Positions 28,475 to 37,244 of a DNA stretch of 64,000 nt are shown in pieces. The stretch spans positions 832,001 to 896,000 of the forward strand of contig JAULAX010000015.1 of NCBI GenBank assembly GCA_032654565.1, given 5' to 3'. The stretch is from Anaeromyxobacteraceae bacterium (GTDB taxonomy: Bacteria; Myxococcota; Myxococcia; Myxococcales; Anaeromyxobacteraceae). The first letter of the stretch is position 1, and every line of letters begins with the position of its first letter. The notes beneath the pieces were generated by a model. It was given only the letters and a program-made list of their open reading frames with translations, had not been told where the DNA came from and did not search any database. The position numbers were made by a program, and so were the translations under genes.

Positions 28475-30481
28475 TCAGCCGAACTGCGGCAGGGCGGCGA
28501 TGCGGGCCAGCGCGTCCGGCGGGGCGTCGGGCGGGAAGGGGGCCGAGGAGCGCCCCAGCCGCTTCAGCCAGCGGGCCTGGAGCGGGCGGGCCGGGAGGGC
28601 GGGCGGCAGCGCCGCGGCGGTGGTCTCCTCCTTGGGGCCGGAGGCGTCGCCGTGGCCGACCACGAAGCCGGCCAGCAGCAGCGCCGCGCGGGTGGCGGTG
28701 GCGGTCGAGTAGGTGAAGAGCGTCGCCCCCGGGGCGCAGCGGGCGGCCAGGCGGGAGAAGGCGCCGACGCTCCAGAGCGCCGCGTTCACCTTGGGTGAGA
28801 AGGGATCCCAGAAGACCAGGTCGGCGCGGGCGGTCTCGGCGTCGAGCCGGTCCAGGGCGTCGCCCAGCTCGAGCCGCCAGTCGATCCCCGGCTCCCGGTG
28901 GCGCCCCTGCCCCAGCAGGGCCCGGGCCGCGGCCGCCTCCTCGTCCGTCCAGCCGAGCCGGGCCGCGCCCTCCGGCGACGCCGCCAGGGTGAGGGCGCCC
29001 AGCTCGCGCTCGAAGCTGACCAGGGTGAGCGGCCGCCGCCCTGGCGGCAGGGCCCGGGCGGCCCGCAGCGCCGCCAGGGCGTTGCCGGCCGCCCCCAGGC
29101 CGACGTCGAAGAGGACCAGCGGGAGCCCCCCCGGCTCGGCGAGGCGGGAGGCCAGCCGCGACTGGGCCACGTAGAGCCGCTCCGCCTCGACGGTGGCGCC
29201 GATCACCGGGTGCATCACCTCGCCGGCCTCGGCGTCGCGCATCGACGGCGCCCCGCTCGAGGTGGCCACGATCTCGAAGCGGACCCCCGGGGTGAGCGCG
29301 GTCGGCTCGGGGCGCGGCGGCGCCGGCTGCTCGGCGCGGCGCCCCGGGACCCGGCCGCTGGCGTCGTGCTCGTGCCGGTCGATGCGGGCCAGGGTCTCGC
29401 GCATGAACCGGCCGTAGCTCCCCGCCTCGATGGCGGCGCGGGCGGCGCCCATCAGCGAGAGGTAGTGGTGCAGGTTGTGGATGGAGAGCAGCCGCGGGGC
29501 CAGCGGCTCCTTGCACTTCATCAGGTGGTGCAGGTAGCCGCGGCTGTGGAGCCGGCAGGTGGGGCAGCCACAGTCCGGGTCGAGCGGGGCGTCGGAGCGC
29601 CGGTACTCGGCGCGGGTGAGCCGGACCCGGCCGCTGCCGGTGAAGGCGGTCCCCTGCCAGGCCAGCGTGGTGGGGATGATGCAGTCGAACATGTCGACGC
29701 CGTGGGCGATGGCCTCGAGCAGGTCGGGCGGCGTGCCCACGCCCATCAGGTAGCGCGGCTTGTCGGTGGGGAGCAGGCGGGCGGCGTTCCCCACCACGTC
29801 GAACCGCTCGGCGCGGGTGTCGCCCACCGCCAGTCCGCCGATGGCGAAGCCGTCGAAGGGGTGCTGGGTGAGGAAGCCGGCCGACTCGGCCCGCAGCGCC
29901 GGGGAGAGGCCGCCCTGGACGATGGCGAAGAGGGCCTGCTCGCCGTTGCTGCGGGCGGCCAGGCTGCGCACCGCCCAGCGGTGGGTCCGCTCCATGGCGG
30001 CGCGGATCTCCGCCTCGCCGGCGGTGGAGGAGACGCAGATGTCGAGCACCATCATCACGTCCGAGCCGATGGCCTCCTGCATGGCGATCGAGGTCTCCGG
30101 CGAGAGCCGGTGGTAGCTCTGGTCGATGTAGCTCTGGAAGCGGGCCCCCTCCTCGCTGATGGTCCTGGAGCCGGGGAGCGAGAAGATCTGGAAGCCGCCC
30201 GAGTCGGTGAGGATGGGCCCTTCCCAGCTCATGAAGCGGTGCAGCCCGCCGAAGCCGCGCATGGCCTCGGGGCCGGGGCGGAGCAGCAGGTGGTAGGTGT
30301 TGCCGAGGATGATCTCGACGCCGAGGGCGTCGAGGTCGGCCGGGGTCATGCCGGTCACGGTGCCGCGCGTCCCCACCGGCATGAAGACCGGGGTCTCGAC
30401 GCGCCCGTGAGGCGTGGTGAAGGCGCCGCGGCGGGCGTTGGTCTCGGCGTCGCGGACCCCGGGCTGGAAGCGGAACGGCAT
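28475..30481 (-). CDS. tgt: tRNA-guanine transglycosylase fused to a C-terminal MnmC/MnmD-like SAM-dependent methyltransferase
   Basis: TGT: FMPVGT, NTYHL, TDSGGFQ, YLMGVG, MFDC and Zn site CGCPTC...HN. MTase: MHP..G...EA..LYV, DVGLGAAGN, VSFE, GDA, FWDPFSPKVNAALWS, TYS and AGF. Confidence 0.9.
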   Translation of the reverse strand: MPFRFQPGVRDAETNARRGAFTTPHGRVETPVFMPVGTRGTVTGMTPADLDALGVEIILGNTYHLLLRPGPEAMRGFGGLHRFMSWEGPILTDSGGFQIFSLPGSRTISEEGARFQSYIDQSYHRLSPETSIAMQEAIGSDVMMVLDICVSSTAGEAEIRAAMERTHRWAVRSLAARSNGEQALFAIVQGGLSPALRAESAGFLTQHPFDGFAIGGLAVGDTRAERFDVVGNAARLLPTDKPRYLMGVGTPPDLLEAIAHGVDMFDCIIPTTLAWQGTAFTGSGRVRLTRAEYRRSDAPLDPDCGCPTCRLHSRGYLHHLMKCKEPLAPRLLSIHNLHHYLSLMGAARAAIEAGSYGRFMRETLARIDRHEHDASGRVPGRRAEQPAPPRPEPTALTPGVRFEIVATSSGAPSMRDAEAGEVMHPVIGATVEAERLYVAQSRLASRLAEPGGLPLVLFDVGLGAAGNALAALRAARALPPGRRPLTLVSFERELGALTLAASPEGAARLGWTDEEAAAARALLGQGRHREPGIDWRLELGDALDRLDAETARADLVFWDPFSPKVNAALWSVGAFSRLAARCAPGATLFTYSTATATRAALLLAGFVVGHGDASGPKEETTAAALPPALPARPLQARWLKRLGRSSAPFPPDAPPDALARIAALPQFG

Positions 30482-30611
30482 GGCGGCGGCCGGTATAGAC
30501 CGGGGAGCCCCGTCTGGTCACGCGGGACGCTGGCCGGCGCCCCCCCGCGGTGCTACGAAATCGGGCCAGGCCTGCCGTCTCCGGGCCGCACCCAGCACCC
30601 GTGGAGTCCCC

Positions 30612-32699
30612 GTGAACCGTGCCCTGCCGCTCGCCGCCCTCCTCACCCTGGCCTGCGCGGCCCGCCCGTCGGCCCCGGTCCCTGCCCCGGCCCCGCCCGC
30701 CGCGGCCGCCCCCGTGGCCTTCGCCCCTCCGCCGGCCCAGCCCGGCATCGACCCCTCGCTGGTGAAGCGCGACGTCGACCCCTGCACCGACTTCTACCAG
30801 TTCGCCTGCGGCGGCTGGCTGGAGCGGACCACCCTGCCGGCCGACCGCTCCACCTGGAGCCGCTCCTTCGACGTCATGGAGGAGGAGAACAGGGCGAAGC
30901 TGCGCGCCCTCCTCGACGCCGCGGTGGCCGGCGGCCCCTCGCCGGAGGACCGCCACGGCCAGCAGGTGGCCGACCTCTACGCCGCCTGCATGGACGAGCC
31001 TGCGGTGGAGAAGGGCGGGCTGATCTCGCTGCTCAAGGCCTGGAACCGGCTCGGCGCCGTCACCGACGGCAAGGGTTTCTCCGCCACCGTCGGCCGGCTC
31101 CACGCCGCCGGGAGCGGCGCCCTCTTCGGCATCGGCACCGTCCAGGACGCCCGCGACGCCACCCAGGTCATCGGCCACATCGGCCAGGGCGGCCTCTCGC
31201 TCCCCGACCGCGAGGCCTACCTGAAGACCGACGCCGCCAGCGCCGCCGTCCGCGCCGACCTGGTCGAGCACATCCGGGCCCAGCTGGCCGCCACCGGCCT
31301 GTCGGCGGGCAAGGCCGCCGGCGACGCCCGGTCCGTCCTCGAGATCGAGACCCGCATCGCCCGGAGCCACTGGAGCGAGGTGGAGGCGCGCGACCCTCAG
31401 CGCACCACCACCCGGCTGGCGCTGGCCGACCTGAAGAAGGCGGCGCCGAGCTTCGACTGGGACGGCTACCTGGCGGCGCTGGGCACCCCCGGCCTGGCCG
31501 CCTTCACCGTCACCGCGCCCCAGGCGCTGGTCGAGCTGGAGCGGCTGCTCCGCTCCACCACCGCCGCCGGCTGGCGCGGCTACCTGCGCTGGCACATGCT
31601 GGCCGAGGCCGCCGAGGCCCGGGCGCTGCCGAGGCGGCTCAGCGACGCCCACTTCTGGTTCCGCGCCAGCCACTTCACCGGCGAGAAGGCCATGCCGGCG
31701 CGCTGGAAGCACTGCGTGGAGCTCACCGACGAGCTGATGGGCGAGGCGCTGGGGCAGGCCTTCGTGCGCCGCCACTTCGGCGGCGACGCCCGGGCCAAGG
31801 CCCTGGCGCTGGTGGGCGGCATCCAGCAGGCCATGGGGCGGCGCATCGACGGCCTCGGCTGGATGGACGAGCCCACCCGGCGCCAGGCCCGCGAGAAGCT
31901 GGCCGCGGTGGAGAACAAGATCGCCTTCCCGGAGCGCTGGCGCAGCTACGACGGCCTGGTGGTGCGGCGCGACGACCTGTCGGCCTCGGTGGAGGCGGCC
32001 CGGGCCTTCGAGCGGCGGCGGCGGCTGGCCAGGGCCGGCCGGCCGGTCGACCGGACCGAGTGGGACATGTCGGCGCCCACGGTGAACGCCTACTACGAGC
32101 CGTCCAGGAACGAGATGGTCTTCCCGGCCGGCATCCTCCAGCCCCCCTTCTACACGGCCGGGGCCAACGACGCGGTCAACGCCGGCGCCATCGGCATGGT
32201 GGTGGCCCACGAGCTGACCCACGGCTACGACGACGAGGGGCGGCAATACGACGGCAAGGGCAACCTCGCCGACTGGTGGTCGAAGCCGGTCGCGGCCGAG
32301 TTCGACCGGCGCGCCCAGTGCGTGGCCAGGCAGTACGCCGCCTACCCGGCCGTCGACGAGGTCATGGTGGACGGCCAGCTCACCCTGGGCGAGAACATCG
32401 CCGACCTGGGAGGGCTGAAGCTGGCCCACGCCGCCTACCGCGCCTCGCGGGCCGGCCGGCCGGAGGAGGCGCCGGTGGGGGGCTTCGGCGCCGACCAGCA
32501 GTTCTTCCTGGCCCACGCCCAGGCCTGGTGCAGGCTGGTCCGGCCCGAGGCGGCCCGGCTGCGGGCCGCCACCGATCCGCACTCGCCGGCCCGCTGGCGC
32601 GTCAACGGGCCGCTCTCCAACCTCCCCGAGTTCGCCGCCGCCTTCCAGTGCGGTCCGGGCACGCGCATGGTCCGGTCCGAGCGCTGTGACCTCTGGTAG
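30612..32699 (+). CDS. M13 family (neprilysin/PepO-like) zinc metallopeptidase, probable lipoprotein
   Basis: DPCTDFYQFACG, VNAYY, HELTHGYD, GENIAD and DPHSP; LTLAC lipobox. Confidence 0.93.
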   Translation: MNRALPLAALLTLACAARPSAPVPAPAPPAAAAPVAFAPPPAQPGIDPSLVKRDVDPCTDFYQFACGGWLERTTLPADRSTWSRSFDVMEEENRAKLRALLDAAVAGGPSPEDRHGQQVADLYAACMDEPAVEKGGLISLLKAWNRLGAVTDGKGFSATVGRLHAAGSGALFGIGTVQDARDATQVIGHIGQGGLSLPDREAYLKTDAASAAVRADLVEHIRAQLAATGLSAGKAAGDARSVLEIETRIARSHWSEVEARDPQRTTTRLALADLKKAAPSFDWDGYLAALGTPGLAAFTVTAPQALVELERLLRSTTAAGWRGYLRWHMLAEAAEARALPRRLSDAHFWFRASHFTGEKAMPARWKHCVELTDELMGEALGQAFVRRHFGGDARAKALALVGGIQQAMGRRIDGLGWMDEPTRRQAREKLAAVENKIAFPERWRSYDGLVVRRDDLSASVEAARAFERRRRLARAGRPVDRTEWDMSAPTVNAYYEPSRNEMVFPAGILQPPFYTAGANDAVNAGAIGMVVAHELTHGYDDEGRQYDGKGNLADWWSKPVAAEFDRRAQCVARQYAAYPAVDEVMVDGQLTLGENIADLGGLKLAHAAYRASRAGRPEEAPVGGFGADQQFFLAHAQAWCRLVRPEAARLRAATDPHSPARWRVNGPLSNLPEFAAAFQCGPGTRMVRSERCDLW

Positions 32700-32720
32700 C
32701 GGCCGACTCCGGGCGCCCGG

Positions 32721-34133
32721 TCATTCCCGGCGCGGGGGACGGCGGGCCAGCGCCTCGTCGCGGTAGGCGCGCTCGCCGGTCACCTCGCGCACCACCAGCG
32801 GCTCCAGCCAGGGCGGCGTGGCCGGGTCGGCCCCCGGCTCCAGCACCGCCAGCGTCAGCCGCCGGTCGGTGAACTGGTCGAAGCGCCAGCCGGGGAGGGC
32901 CCCGCTGCGGTGGCTGCGGTGCAGCAGGCGCCGCCCCTCGGTGAGCGGCCACCAGGCCTGGTAGTCGGTCCGCGACAGCGGCTCCAGCTCGACGGCGCCG
33001 CGCCGCCCGGTGCGGGCCCGGAAGAACCGCTCCCGCCCCGCCCCGCTGACCATCCCCACGTGCTCGTGCTCGCCGGGGAGCCAGCCCTGCGCCACCTCCT
33101 CCACCTCGCCGCCCAGCGCCTCGGCCGGCAGCTCGGTGAGCAGCAGCCTCCGCTCGGCGGCGACCTCCGCCGGCGCCTCGTCACCGGCCGGCCCCTCCAG
33201 CTGCGCCACCACCGCGTAGGCCAGGTCGAGGACGGGGGTGGCCCGGTTCGGCAGGTAGCGCCCGGCCAGCTCGCCGAAGGCCTCGGCGGCGTCGCGCTCG
33301 GCCAGCTGGTCGAGGGCCAGCAGCCCGGGGCGGAGGTCGCCGCTCTCGGCGCCGCGCCCGCGCCGGGCCCGGTCGGCCGAGGCCTCGACCAGCGCCGCGG
33401 CCAGCGCCTGGCGCGCCTGCCAGCGGTCGTGCCAGGTGCCGAGCAGCTCCTGGAGCTGCTTGAGGGCGGTGACCGCCTCGGCGGCCGGGGCCCCGGGGAG
33501 GCGGCGCAGCGGCTCCAGCAGGTAGCGCAGCCGCTTCCCCTCGATGCGGGCCCGGTGCAGGCCGTCGGCGTCCTCGGCGCCGACCACCGCGCCGAGCGCC
33601 TCGCGGAGGGCCAGCGCCTGGGCTCGCAGGGCGGCGGCCAGGAGGGCCGACAGGCTGGCCGGCGCGGCGGCGCCCGGTGGGCGGGCCGAGAGGCGGCGGG
33701 TGAGCCGGGGCGCCAGCCGCAGGAAGCGCGGCCGGGCCTCCTCGTGGACGCGGCGGGCGGCGTCGGCGCGACGGCGCTCCACCCGGTCGAGGAGCCAGTC
33801 GAGGGCGCCGCGGTAGGGCGCGCCCAGCCGGCCGCGGGCCGCCTCGAGCCAGCCGAGGAGCACCTCGGCCTCCCGGGCCGGGCCGGTGCGCCGCGCCACC
33901 CTGGCCAGGCGCCGCCGCTGCTTCTCGGGGACCGCCCCTTGCAGCGCCGGCTCCAGCAGCCGCAGCGTGGTCCGCAGCCGGCGGACGGCGACGCGGAAGT
34001 CGTGCAGCGCCTCGGCGTCGGAGGGATCCCCGAGCCGCGCCACCGCCTCCTCGGCGTCGGCGAGGCGCGCCAGGGCCAGCACCCGCGCCCCGGGGCCGGC
34101 CGCGCCGTCGAGGAGCTCTCCGTCGAGCTGCAT
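32721..34133 (-). CDS. CHAD domain protein with a degenerate C-terminal CYTH-like domain
   Basis: EALHDFRVAVRRLR, LHRARIEGKRLRY and LQELLGTWHD; C-terminal ERRLLL, QGWLP and WLEPLVVREVTGERAY. Confidence 0.82.
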   Translation of the reverse strand: MQLDGELLDGAAGPGARVLALARLADAEEAVARLGDPSDAEALHDFRVAVRRLRTTLRLLEPALQGAVPEKQRRRLARVARRTGPAREAEVLLGWLEAARGRLGAPYRGALDWLLDRVERRRADAARRVHEEARPRFLRLAPRLTRRLSARPPGAAAPASLSALLAAALRAQALALREALGAVVGAEDADGLHRARIEGKRLRYLLEPLRRLPGAPAAEAVTALKQLQELLGTWHDRWQARQALAAALVEASADRARRGRGAESGDLRPGLLALDQLAERDAAEAFGELAGRYLPNRATPVLDLAYAVVAQLEGPAGDEAPAEVAAERRLLLTELPAEALGGEVEEVAQGWLPGEHEHVGMVSGAGRERFFRARTGRRGAVELEPLSRTDYQAWWPLTEGRRLLHRSHRSGALPGWRFDQFTDRRLTLAVLEPGADPATPPWLEPLVVREVTGERAYRDEALARRPPRRE

Positions 34134-34151
34134 GCCGCCCCCTGCCGTCGC

Positions 34152-34766
34152 TCAGCCGCCCAGGCGGGCGCTGGCCGCGTCGATGGCGGCGCGCAGCGCC
34201 GCGAAGTCCTGCACCACCGGGAACTGCGGGAACTGCGCCACCACGTTGGGCGGCGGGCGGAAGAGGATCCCGGCGTCGGCCTCGGCGAGCATGGCGGTGT
34301 CGTTGTAGGAGTCGCCGGCCGCCGTCACCTTGAAGTTGAGGGCCTTGAAGGCCTTCACCGCCGCCCGCTTCTGGTCGGGCAGCCGCAGGTGGTAGGCGGA
34401 GACGAAGCCGTCGGCGCCGGCCTCGAGCCTGTGGCAGAAGAGGGTGGGCTGGCCGAGCTGGGCCATGAGCGGCCCGGCGAACTCGTAGAAGGTGTCGGAG
34501 AGGATCACCACCTGGTAGGCGAGCCGGAGGGCGTCGAGGAAGGCCCGGGCCCCGGGCTCCGGGGAGAGGCCGGCGATCACCTGCTGGATGTCGCGCAGCC
34601 CGAGCCGGTGCTGCCGCAGCAGGTCGAGGCGGAAGCGCATCAGCTTGTCGTAGTCCGGCTCGTCGCGGGTGGTGCGGCGCAGCGCGGCGATGCCGGTGCG
34701 CTCGGCGAAGGCGATCCAGATCTCCGGGACCAGCACGCCTTCGAGGTCGAGACAGACGATCTGCAC
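34152..34766 (-). CDS. thrH: Phosphoserine phosphatase/homoserine phosphotransferase ThrH
   Basis: CLDLEGVLVPEIW, TTRDEPDYD, ILSDTFYEF and AAGDSYND. Confidence 0.93.
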   Translation of the reverse strand: MQIVCLDLEGVLVPEIWIAFAERTGIAALRRTTRDEPDYDKLMRFRLDLLRQHRLGLRDIQQVIAGLSPEPGARAFLDALRLAYQVVILSDTFYEFAGPLMAQLGQPTLFCHRLEAGADGFVSAYHLRLPDQKRAAVKAFKALNFKVTAAGDSYNDTAMLAEADAGILFRPPPNVVAQFPQFPVVQDFAALRAAIDAASARLGG

Positions 34767-34899
34767 CGGGGGAGCTCCGTTCCAGGCGGGTGGAGCCGGC
34801 ATCCTAGCAAACCGGCGGCGCCCTGGGCCTGGCCTGACCCGCCCCGCCCGCCCGACCCGCCCCGGCCGGGCGCCGGGCCGTGGCATCATCCGCCGCGAC

Positions 34900-35295
34900 A
34901 TGGCCAAGCGCCCACCGCCCCCCGTCCCGCCCCCGGGCCCGTTCAACGCCGCGCTGGCCGGCCTCGCCGACCGGCTGGGCCCGCTGGCGCCCGCTCCCGG
35001 GGCGGCGCCACGCCCGGACGAGGAGGCGCCGCCTCCGAAGCCCTCCGGCCCCCCGCCACCTCCCCGCGCCGTGGTCCGCATGGAGCGGGCCGGGCGCGGC
35101 GGCAAGACGGTGACGGTGGTGGAGAAGCTGGAGCTCCGTCCCCGCGAGCTCACGGCCTGGCTCGGCGAGCTGAAGCGGGCGCTCGGCTGCGGCGGCGTGG
35201 TCGAGAGCGGGGCGCTGGTGCTGCAGGGGGACACCCGCGAGCGGGTCGGGGCCTGGCTGACGCGACGCGGGGTGAAGAAGGTGACGGTGGCCTGA
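34900..35295 (+). CDS. yciH: Translation initiation factor SUI1/YciH family
   Basis: ERAGRGGKTVTVV, LKRALGCGG and LQGDTRERV. Confidence 0.88.
   Translation: MAKRPPPPVPPPGPFNAALAGLADRLGPLAPAPGAAPRPDEEAPPPKPSGPPPPPRAVVRMERAGRGGKTVTVVEKLELRPRELTAWLGELKRALGCGGVVESGALVLQGDTRERVGAWLTRRGVKKVTVA
35235..35295 (+). repeat. Copy 1 of a 61-bp imperfect direct repeat (3' end of yciH)
   Basis: Aligns ungapped to 36314-36374 with 11 mismatches by hand count; ctgacgcgacgcggggtgaag is identical in both copies. Confidence 0.85.
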
Positions 35296-35304
35296 GGCGG
35301 GCCT

Positions 35305-36219
35305 TCACCCCGGATCGGCGCCGGTGGCCGAGGACTGGACGCAGCGCACCGCCTGGGGGCGCCCGGCCTCGACCCGGCGCACCACCCCGGCGTCGAGGTC
35401 GACCGCCAGGCCCGGCCCCCCCGGTCCCGGCGCCGCCCAGGCCACCGACGGATCGCCGCCCAGCAGCGTCGAGCAGGCCGCGCTCTTGCCGCACGGCCTG
35501 CAGGGTCCGCCGCCCGGCCTGCAGCCGTCGAGCAGGCCGAGCAGCTCGGCCTGGGTGGGCAGGCGGTAGCCGGCGGGGCAGGCGCCCGCGGCCGCGCCCG
35601 GCGACAGCAGCGTGGCCGCCCCCTCGCACCGGCTCCCCGTCCAGCGCTGGCCGGCCAGGCAGCGCAGCCAGGAGAGCGTGGTCCCCGGCTGCGCCACGGC
35701 ATCGTACCGCCCGTGCAGGCTCTCGCTGGAGACGCCGCGCTCGTGGCAGGCCTTGCAGGTGGCCAGCTTGCGGGCGCTGGCGGCCAGCTTCTTGTGGCAG
35801 GCGCGGCAGTACTCGTGGAAGAGGATGGTGGTGCGGTCGATGGCGCCGTCCGGCTTGAGCCGGGCCATGGGCGGGGCCAGCCGGCCGTCGATCTCCCGGG
35901 GCGGCTCGCCGAGGGCCGCGTGGCAGCCGGAGCAGCGCATGGGCGGGAGCGGGGTGGGCGGATCGTCGGCGGCCAGGGTGTGGTGGCAGTCGCGGCAGCG
36001 GATGGGCGTGCCGTCGGGGCGGGTGTAGCGCCGGACGTGGTCGGCGTGGCCGAAGCGGACCTTGCCGGTCTTGCCGGGGATGCGCTCCAGCAGCAGCACC
36101 TCCTTCCCGGCGGGGACGTCGGCCGCCCCCCGGGCGACCCCCGGCGCCGCCAGGGCCAGGGCCAGGCCGGACCAGCCGATGAGGAGGAGCGCCGCCGCGC
36201 CGCCATGGGCCTGGGACAT
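35305..36219 (-). CDS. Tetraheme class III (c3-type) cytochrome c fused to a C-terminal DUF1566/Lcl-like domain
   Basis: Signal peptide; FGHADH, CRDCHH, CSGCH, FHEYCRACH and CKACH; then LSWLRC..GQ.W, ACPAGYRLPTQAEL and AVRCV. Confidence 0.8.
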   Translation of the reverse strand: MSQAHGGAAALLLIGWSGLALALAAPGVARGAADVPAGKEVLLLERIPGKTGKVRFGHADHVRRYTRPDGTPIRCRDCHHTLAADDPPTPLPPMRCSGCHAALGEPPREIDGRLAPPMARLKPDGAIDRTTILFHEYCRACHKKLAASARKLATCKACHERGVSSESLHGRYDAVAQPGTTLSWLRCLAGQRWTGSRCEGAATLLSPGAAAGACPAGYRLPTQAELLGLLDGCRPGGGPCRPCGKSAACSTLLGGDPSVAWAAPGPGGPGLAVDLDAGVVRRVEAGRPQAVRCVQSSATGADPG

Positions 36220-36313
36220 CACCAGGGCGATGTTCCGCCTGTCCGGTCGGCACCGCAAGCCAGCGACCCGGCGTCCGGCCACCTTTTCCGTCTCCAACCG
36301 GCGCCGTGGTCCG

Positions 36314-36374
36314 CCGGGAGCGGGGCGGAGCCTGTCTGACGCGACGCGGGGTGAAGGAGGTCGGGGTCTCCAGA
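36314..36374 (+). repeat. Copy 2 (degenerate, intergenic) of the yciH 3'-end repeat
   Basis: Direct match to 35235-35295. Confidence 0.85.
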
Positions 36375-36457
36375 TTGAAGGAGCCGGCCGTCATTCTGAT
36401 GCAGCCCGGACCCAGCCCAAGCGGCCCAACCACCTGGAACGCCTTGGCGTCGCCGGC

Positions 36458-36473
36458 TGGCCCGCTTCCTGCT
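36458..36473 (+). promoter_or_regulatory. Putative sigma-54 (-24/-12) promoter
   Basis: TGGCCCGCTTCCTGCT has GG-N10-GC spacing close to consensus TGGCACG-N4-TTGCW, just upstream of the SLT gene. Confidence 0.45.
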
Positions 36474-36486
36474 GTGCAGTCCCGTC

Positions 36487-37191
36487 ATGGCGACGGTTCC
36501 GACCACCACGAAGGGCAGGGGGCTGGCCAGGCTGGCCCTGGTCTCGCTCCTCGCCGGCGCCGCCCTGGCGGTGCCGAGGGGGTTGGCCGGGAGTGAAGCA
36601 GGGCTGACCGCCGCCGGACGGGACGCGGCCGCCTGTGCCGGAGGTGACTGCCTCGATCCGCTCCGGGAGGGGCAGGTGGCGCGGCTGGAGCGGCACCTCT
36701 TCGGCCGGATGAACGGGCTCGACCCGGCGCTCCACGAGGACCTGGCGCGGGCCATCCTCACCGAGGCCGCCGCGGCCCGGCTCGACCCGCTGCTGGTGCT
36801 GGCCGTCATCGAGGTCGAGTCGGGCTACGACCCGTCGGCGGAGAGCGCGGTCGGGGCCCGCGGCCTCATGCAGCTGCTCCCCGACACGCTGCGGCGGGAG
36901 ACGGCGGGGAGCGGGGAAGAGGCCGGCGCCGGGGAGGGACCGGTCGCCAACGTCCGCGCCGGGATCCGCTACCTGCGCCGCTGCCTGAGGAGCTACCCGG
37001 ACCTCGACGTGGCGCTGATGGCCTACAACGCCGGGCCCAACCGCCTCCACGGCTGGATCCAGGCCGGCGCCGTGCCCCTCGAGGTCCGCGGCTACGCCAG
37101 GCGGGTGCTGGCGGGCCAGGATCGCCTGCGCCGCCTCCTCCCGGGGGTGTCGGCGCCGGTGCCCGCCGACCTGCTGGCCTTCGGCGGCTGA
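36487..37191 (+). CDS. Lytic transglycosylase (SLT domain)
   Basis: LVLAVIEVESGY, GARGLMQL, ANVRAGIRYL and AYNAGP. Confidence 0.9.
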   Translation: MATVPTTTKGRGLARLALVSLLAGAALAVPRGLAGSEAGLTAAGRDAAACAGGDCLDPLREGQVARLERHLFGRMNGLDPALHEDLARAILTEAAAARLDPLLVLAVIEVESGYDPSAESAVGARGLMQLLPDTLRRETAGSGEEAGAGEGPVANVRAGIRYLRRCLRSYPDLDVALMAYNAGPNRLHGWIQAGAVPLEVRGYARRVLAGQDRLRRLLPGVSAPVPADLLAFGG

Positions 37192-37244
37192 CGGCCGGCG
37201 CGGCGCCGGCCCGGCCCGCGCGGGGCGACGGCCCGGGCGGCGCG

